Shown here: piece after piece, positions 57,440-64,000 of the stretch
Position numbering within the stretch: the first letter of the stretch is position 1
How the letters are laid out: each line of letters begins with the position of its first letter
NCBI RefSeq assembly: GCF_009834535.1
Contig: NC_045698.1
Coordinates: forward strand, 1,738,001 to 1,802,000
Length of the DNA: 64,000 nucleotides
Direction of reading: 5' to 3'
Origin: Camelus ferus
Lineage: Eukaryota
Translations under genes and position numbers: made by a program
The notes under the pieces: model-generated
Told to the model about the DNA's origin: nothing
Seen by the model: only the letters and a program-made list of their open reading frames with translations
Database searches by the model: none

Positions 57440-60400
57440 GGTAAATGGCTTTCACGTGCTTCTTGATCATTCTTGTATTTTTTGTTCATGTATGGCATGT
57501 TGAAGTATTTGCCCACATTAAAAAGACTGGCTTCGTATTCTTATTATTGAGTTACAGGAATTTCTTTATATATTTTGGATGGGATGTAAAACCTTGGCCT
57601 GACATATGCACTGTGATCATTTCCCCCAGTCTGCCGCATGCCTTTTCTTTTTTTAGAATCTGTTCAAATTCAATTTATCAATATTTACTTCATGGGATTT
57701 ATGCTTTTTCATCCTAAAAAATCTCTACCTGACTCAATGTCACAAAGATTTTCTATTAATTCTTCAAGAAATTTTATAGTTTTATATTTAGGCCTATGAA
57801 CCATTTGGTGTTTGGCATTTTTTTTTTTTTTAATTAAAAAGACCACCCTCTTCCCAACAACTTGCCTTACCTTCTTTGTAGAAAAGCAGTTGACCACTAA
57901 GTGCACGTCTGTTTCTGTGCTGGCCGTTCTGTCCCACTGATCTCCATGTCTGTTTTAATGCTGATCCCACTATTACTGCGGCAAACTTGGAAATCAGACT
58001 AAGTTCTCCATCCTGAATCCATTTTACAACAGTCTTAGCTAGTCCAGATCCACTGCATTTTCATACAGGTTTTAGAATCAGCCTGTTATCATCTAGTGAA
58101 AAGCCTGCTGGGATCTTGATTTGCATTGCAGTTCATCTACCGATGAGCTGGAGGACATTTCACGTTGTAACAGCCCTGAAAATCCCATCAGTGAGCGTGG
58201 CATGTCTTGCTGTTTATTTAGGTTTCTTTAATTTTTTTTAGCAGCGCTCTGTAGTTTTAAGTATACAGATATCACATGTGTTTTGATATTTTTCTTCCCA
58301 CAACATATTTTTGATGCTATTGATAATAAATATTTTTAAAAATTCATTTTCTAACTGCTTCTTGCTAGCTTTTAGCAAAATACAATTAATTATGCTATAT
58401 TGACCTTTTATCATATCCTTGCTAAATTCATTTCCTATTTGTAGAAACTTCTGTAGATTTCTTACGTTCTCTATGAATTAAGACAACTTTATTTCTCCCC
58501 TTGCAATCTGCATGACTTTTGTCCTCTTCTTGCTTTCCTTCACTAGATAGAACGTGTGGGCAGTGCTGATGAAGTGGGGGGAACGGACATCCTTGCCTCG
58601 TTCCATCTTGGGAGGAAAGTGTGCAGTTTTTCACTATTAAATGTGATGTTAGCTGTGGATGAAGTGCAAGTGGTCTCTATTAGGCTGAGAATACTCCCTG
58701 CTTCCCTTAGTTTGCTTGGCATTTTTAATCATGAATTGAGTGTGGAATTACGTCAAATGCTTTTTCTCCATCTATTGTAGGTAGCTGTATGGTTTTTCTT
58801 CTTTATTTTGTTAATGTGGTGAGTTACATTGATTGATTTTTAAATGTCACAGTAAGGCTGAATTTTTTAGATGAACCCCGTTTGGTCATAATACATATTG
58901 TTTTTGTTGCCGACTTTAATGTGCTAGTATTTTGTAAAGGAATTTTCATCCTATTTTTCATGATGGATTTTTGCCAGTTTTCTTTTCTTAGTAATGTTTT
59001 TGTCTGGTTTTGATACCTTGGTATCCAAGTAGCTCTGGTCTCACAAAATGTTTTGGAAAGCATTTCCTCCCTCTATTTTCTGAAAGATTTTGTGTATTAC
59101 TGTTATTTTTTCAAAATTGGTGAGTGTATCACCGAAGTCATATGGGCCTAGAATTTTCTTTGGGGGAAGTTTGTGAATTATAAATATAATTTTTAGGTAG
59201 ATACAGAATCATTCAGGCTTTCTAAGCTGTCTTATATATGACATCTTTCAATAAATGTCTCCATCGTGTCTAAGCGGTTAAATGCACTGGCAAAGATCAT
59301 TTTACAATCTTCCCTCCTCATCATTTCAGCGTCTTCGGGACCTGTAGTGATGTGCTCCCCCTGATTCTTTTTATAAGATTTATTTTTAATTTTTCTGGGG
59401 GAGGTAATTAGGCTTGTTTAGGTTGGTTGGTTGGTTTGTAACACAGGGACTGGGGGTTAAACCCCGGACCTCGTGCGTGCCAGGCACGCCCTCTCCCCCT
59501 GAGCTGTCTCCTCCCCCCACTCTTGACACAGATGTGTGACGTCTTCTCTGTTTCTCTTACTCAGTCAACCAGGGATTATGAATTACATTGATTTTTTTCA
59601 AAGACTGAGATTTGGCTTTATTGGCTTTTCCTTGTAGCGAGTCCATTTTACGTCTAATTGGCTTCAGCTCTGCTCTCTGTTGTCCACGTCCTTCTCTTAC
59701 ATTGTCTTTGCCTTGATAGCCTGTGGTTGCTGTTTGGCTTCTAAAGATGGCGGCTCGGACCCTTTAGGCTCTGCGCCTCTCCTGACACAAGCATTTACTG
59801 CTGTACATTTCCTTCTAGGCACTGCTTTCTGCTGTTTAGTTAAAAATAGTCATTTTTGTTGAGTTAAAAATATTTTTTAAATTTTCCTTCTTTCTCGCTC
59901 TCTTCTTTGACCATTTGGTTATTTACACATATTTTGCTTAATTTCCAAATACCTGAGAGTTTCATAAATGCATTCATATTGTTTGTTTCTAATTTAGTAT
60001 CATCATGTCAGAGAATACACTCTGTGTAATTTAATCCTTCCTGAATTAATTGAAACTTATTTCTTGGTCCGTTATTTGGTCTCTGTGGGGGAAGATTTTA
60101 GATTCAGCCCAGAGGTTACAGATCTGCTGGTCTAAGGCAGAGCAGTCTATCAAGGTCGATTTATCAAAAACAGTTGATGGTATTGTCTAGGTCTGCTTTG
60201 TCCTAAATGATTTTCTGTCTTGTTCTATCGAGTGCTGAGAAAGGAGTGCTAATTTACCAACTGTACAGGTCTATTTCTCCTTCACTTTATCAATGTTTTG
60301 CCTCATGTGTTTCAGTACATTATTATTAGGTGTATACAATTTTATGATTGTTACATTCTTGATTAATTGACAGTTTCATTGTTATATAATATCTTTCTAT

Positions 60401-61700
60401 ATACATGGTAACACTTCTTCTAATCCTAGAGTCTGCATTGTCTGATACCAAGACACTCACTTCAGCTTCTTATGGTTAGTGTTTGCATTGAATATCTTTT
60501 CTTATTCTTTTACTTTTAATATAGCTCTAGGTCCATATTTGAAGCTTGTATCTTGTGGACAGCACATAATTGGGTCTTATTTTTCTATTTAAAAACCTAA
60601 CGGTCTCTGCCTTTTAACTGGTGTTTTTAGATCCTTTATATTTGATATAGCTGTTGTTATCATTTGATTTGTCTATAATATTGCTGTTTGTCCGATCTGT
60701 TCTTTTCCTTTGTTTATCTTTTTCTGCCCTTTTTAGATTCAGAAAAAAGTTTTTATTATTCCTCTTTATCTCCATTATTGGCCCAGTAGATATACCTCTG
60801 TTTAATTATACATATTTTAGTGGTCTCTTGAGTTTATAATATGTAATGCTAATAAAATCTGCCTTTAAATAGTATACCTCTAATATGTAATGTAAGACCC
60901 TTACAAGAGTATGCTTCCATTTCCCAATGTTACATATTTTATTTATACGTATGACATAAAACTCATAATGCATTATTATATTTGTGCTGTAAATAGTAAG
61001 TTATCCTTTAAAAATCAACATTGAGAAAATAATCTCAACACTTATGTACATATTTACCATTTCTGGAGTTTTTTATTTTATTTTATTTTTTTATGTAGGT
61101 CCAAGTTCCCATCTAGCATTGTTTAACTTCAGCATGAAGATTTTTATTTTTAATTAATTTTGCTTGCCTTCAATCAATTCTTTGAGGTTTTATTTATCAA
61201 AAAAAAAAATCTTTATTTTGCCTTGTTTTGAAAGCAGATTCCCTGGACAGAATTATAGAATTTTTCACTGTTTTCTGGCTTCCACTGATTCTAAGGAAAC
61301 GTCAGTGGTCATTGTTATCTTTGTACCACTGCATCGTGTGCACCAGCCCTGGCCCTGGCAGCCTTGTGCAGTTTCCTTTGTATCTACCCTGAGTGGACTT
61401 TGATAGGTTTCTCCTTTCTGCATGCTCAGTTTTCACCAGTTTGGAAAAATGTTGATTGTTATTTGTTCAAATATATTTCTAACCCTTTCCTCTTCCAGAG
61501 AATTTAAATGTACTTAGATTGTTCGATATTTTCCAGAGGTCACTAAGGTGCAAATTTGTTTGTTTGTTTGTTTCTCTCTTTCTTTCTTTCTTTAGTCTTA
61601 TCCCCCACCCTCCGCTGTGCCTCTTTCTGAATATGTTATATTGGCACATCTGTAAGTACCCTGATCTTTCCTTCTGCAGTGTATAGCTTATCTCATTCTT
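57440..61700 (-). mobile_element. Long, old LINE-1 (L1M) remnant in reverse orientation, interrupted by a SINE
   Basis: T-rich strand with TTTTCACTATTAAATGTGATGTTAGCTGT, GTCAAATGCTTTTTCT..ATCTATTG, TTACATTGATTGATTTT and ACATTTCCTTCTAGGCACTGCTTT; ORF 58428-58634 retains GTRQGCP (RT motif). Confidence 0.85.
59368..59518 (-). mobile_element. tRNA-Ala-derived camelid SINE (vic-1-type), diverged, inserted into L1
   Basis: T-rich tail, GGGGGAGGTAATTAGG and (GGTT)n, then GGGACTGGGGGTTAAACCCCGGACCTCGTGCGTGC..GAGCTGTCTCCTCCCC, the reverse complement of the SINE head. Confidence 0.8.
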
Positions 61701-64000
61701 TTGAAGATTACACCATTTCCATGGCATGAAAGTAGAATGCCATAATTTATTCGCTAATTTCCCTAATTAGAGGCATCTATATTATTTCTAGTTGTTTGCT
61801 GTTTCCAATGACCCCGCCACAAGCATCCTTACACATATATTCTTATTGACTTTTATTTCTTAGTGATAAGGTTCCAGACCTGGGATTTCTGGGTCAAAAG
61901 GCATATGTATTTTTAAATTTCAAAATTATTGCCAAGTGTTCTTTTCCAAATATTCTGTCTCAAACATATCCCTTTGATTATACACTTATATACAAGTTAC
62001 ACCAAATAATGGGGCAATTTCCTATGTTTTCTTTAAGCAGTTTTTTTTGTTTTTAATCTTTTCCTCCTTGGCTTAATGGCCCCCCTGATTTCCCTCTGCC
62101 CTCAAAATTACACTTTTCCACGGTGCTTAACCTGCTAAACCCATCAGTGATTTTTTTTTTTTTAATTTCAAATATTGACTCCTTATCTCCAGAAATTCCA
62201 TGTGGCCCCTGGGTGGATTTTCACTAGGTGCACGGTGAGAAAGGACAAAGTGGAATGTTCAGTATCATGTTGATCAAAGATAAAGGTGAAGCAGATAACA
62301 AAACATGTCTGTGTTTGTATGTAAAAAAATATATGTATGTATGTATTTGGTGCAAAATGTGTACTAAATTGCCCAGGGAGGAGAAGATGTAATGCTGCCA
62401 TAAATAATGCTAAAGTTACCTTTCTTGTGTGAGAATATATGTACGCAAGACTCTCTTATAGTTTAGAATTAAGTGCAATACAGATTATAAGGCACAATGT
62501 CTTCAGCTCCGCTAGACACTCCTTCTGAGCCTGGCGATGGCGGTGATGAGGTACTGGGTTGGTATTTGACCATCGAATCAAATAAAAAAAAATATAGGTT
62601 TATTTATATCTGTTGTTCCTTCTGCCTTTGGCTTTGTAAATGGCTAGCATGCTTGTTGTTTGTCTGTTTCATTCAAGGTTTCACATCTGGGTTGGGAACC
62701 AGCTCAGTCTAACCTTCGCAGGAAGGGAAAGGAAGACATAAATGGAAAAGTGTTACGCAGCACAGACACCTTTCCCTTGTCAAGGATTCAGTGACTAAAT
62801 ACAGGCGAGTCACTGTCGTCAGCTGGAGGGAGCATGCTGGAAGTTCGTTAATACATTAGACTTGGAGAGGATCAATTCTAGAAAAAAGAGACTAATATTT
62901 ATGAAATTGTATAATTTTTCTTTATAAAAGATGTATTTTAAGCTTAGTGGCAGATCTCAAGATCCTGTCTGCCATGGGGAAAAAAAATGATATATCTGCT
63001 ATAGATGAACATTTTCAAACATTAAATATCAGCCTCTTAGCAACCACAGAGAATTTAAAGAGTTCACTTTCTCAATACCCGTTGAGAAGTGTGTCAATGA
63101 TGAAATGTTTCCTGAAGAAAGATACTGGGCACCATCGGCATGAGGCTCCCACGGAGGCTCAGGTGATCGATGGTCTCGCTTCACACGACGGCACTTGCCG
63201 GTGGTCGTGATGTATGTCCCCGCTTCACAGCCGTCTTGGCAGGAGAAGCTGAGTGTCAGGACCTGGGGTGGTGTCCAGCGGGCTTTGGGTGACTTCTGAG
63301 TGAGTCTCGTTTGTAATCCGTTTGATGATTTGACACATTGTATCAGGCAAGAGCAAATGCGGTATTTCTGAGAATTGATACTTCAGCTCTTCACAACCCA
63401 AATATTTGTATTTCGATTCTGAACCAGGCAGATAACAAGAGCTCAGCTACTCATTTCCCTGAAAGGAAAGGTGCAGCAGTGAGCGGACCAGCTTCACAAG
63501 CATTATTCTACTGGCCGCACGGAGCGCAGGTAAGTGCCCGACTGGGCAGAGGGTCCGCAAGGGGGGCCCAGGGCCCCACTGCCTTAGGGAAGACGTCATG
63601 GGCGCTGAAACTCACCCGCAGAAACTTACCCTCTACTGTGACACACTGTTTTAGACTCTGGGTGTGGTTTGTCATTTGTTTCAAATGCAGATTGTTCTCG
63701 AAATACTGAAGACCCCTCTGTGATTCCTGGCCTCAGGCCAGGCAGTGGTTCCCCGCGTGTTCCGCCGGTTCCTCTGAGCCTCAGCCGGCGCAGCCGCGGA
63801 CAGGTGGGAGCGCTGAGAACACCCCGCGGGCTGGGGAGGGGCGCGGGTGGGAGGCTCGCACCCTTTGCCTCAGAGCTCTGCTCTGTGCCGCTGGGCGCAT
63901 GGTTCCAGATCATCTGTGTGCCCTGCCGACCACTCTGCCTGGAATAGCACTTTGTCTGGGAACACTAGTAAACGCGCCACCAGAGAGTCAAGACCCACGC

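Overview
Mammalian genomic DNA, most likely a camelid (three vic-1-type tRNA-Ala-derived SINEs and a short internally deleted Tigger1 derivative). The window is centred on the Iroquois homeobox gene IRX2 on the minus strand: four coding exons, join(35358-35110, 33742-33337, 33008-32292, 31490-31438), 1425 nt, 474 aa, with a TALE homeodomain and an IRO box. Head-to-head with it on the plus strand is a homologue of human IRX2-DT/C5orf38 (CEI). Its exon scaffold is largely intact, but the human reading frame is disabled here (no orthologous ATG, a frameshift, a premature TAA and an AG>GG acceptor change). The gene pair lies in an apparently transposon-free zone of about 21 kb containing several CpG islands and AT-rich, motif-dense blocks that look like enhancers. 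The region beyond about 42 kb is dominated by old L1, MaLR and DNA-transposon remnants. I found no other credible protein-coding gene and no evidence of a wholly new biological system. The best leads are regulatory or evolutionary: the disabled CEI orthologue, a spliceable 3'UTR intron, an in-frame upstream ATG with a poly-Arg tract, PUM/CPE/PAS architecture, and TCF, FOX:ETS and palindromic enhancer motifs. Repeat-family names and comparisons with human sequences come from recall, not from a database search, and repeat boundaries are approximate.
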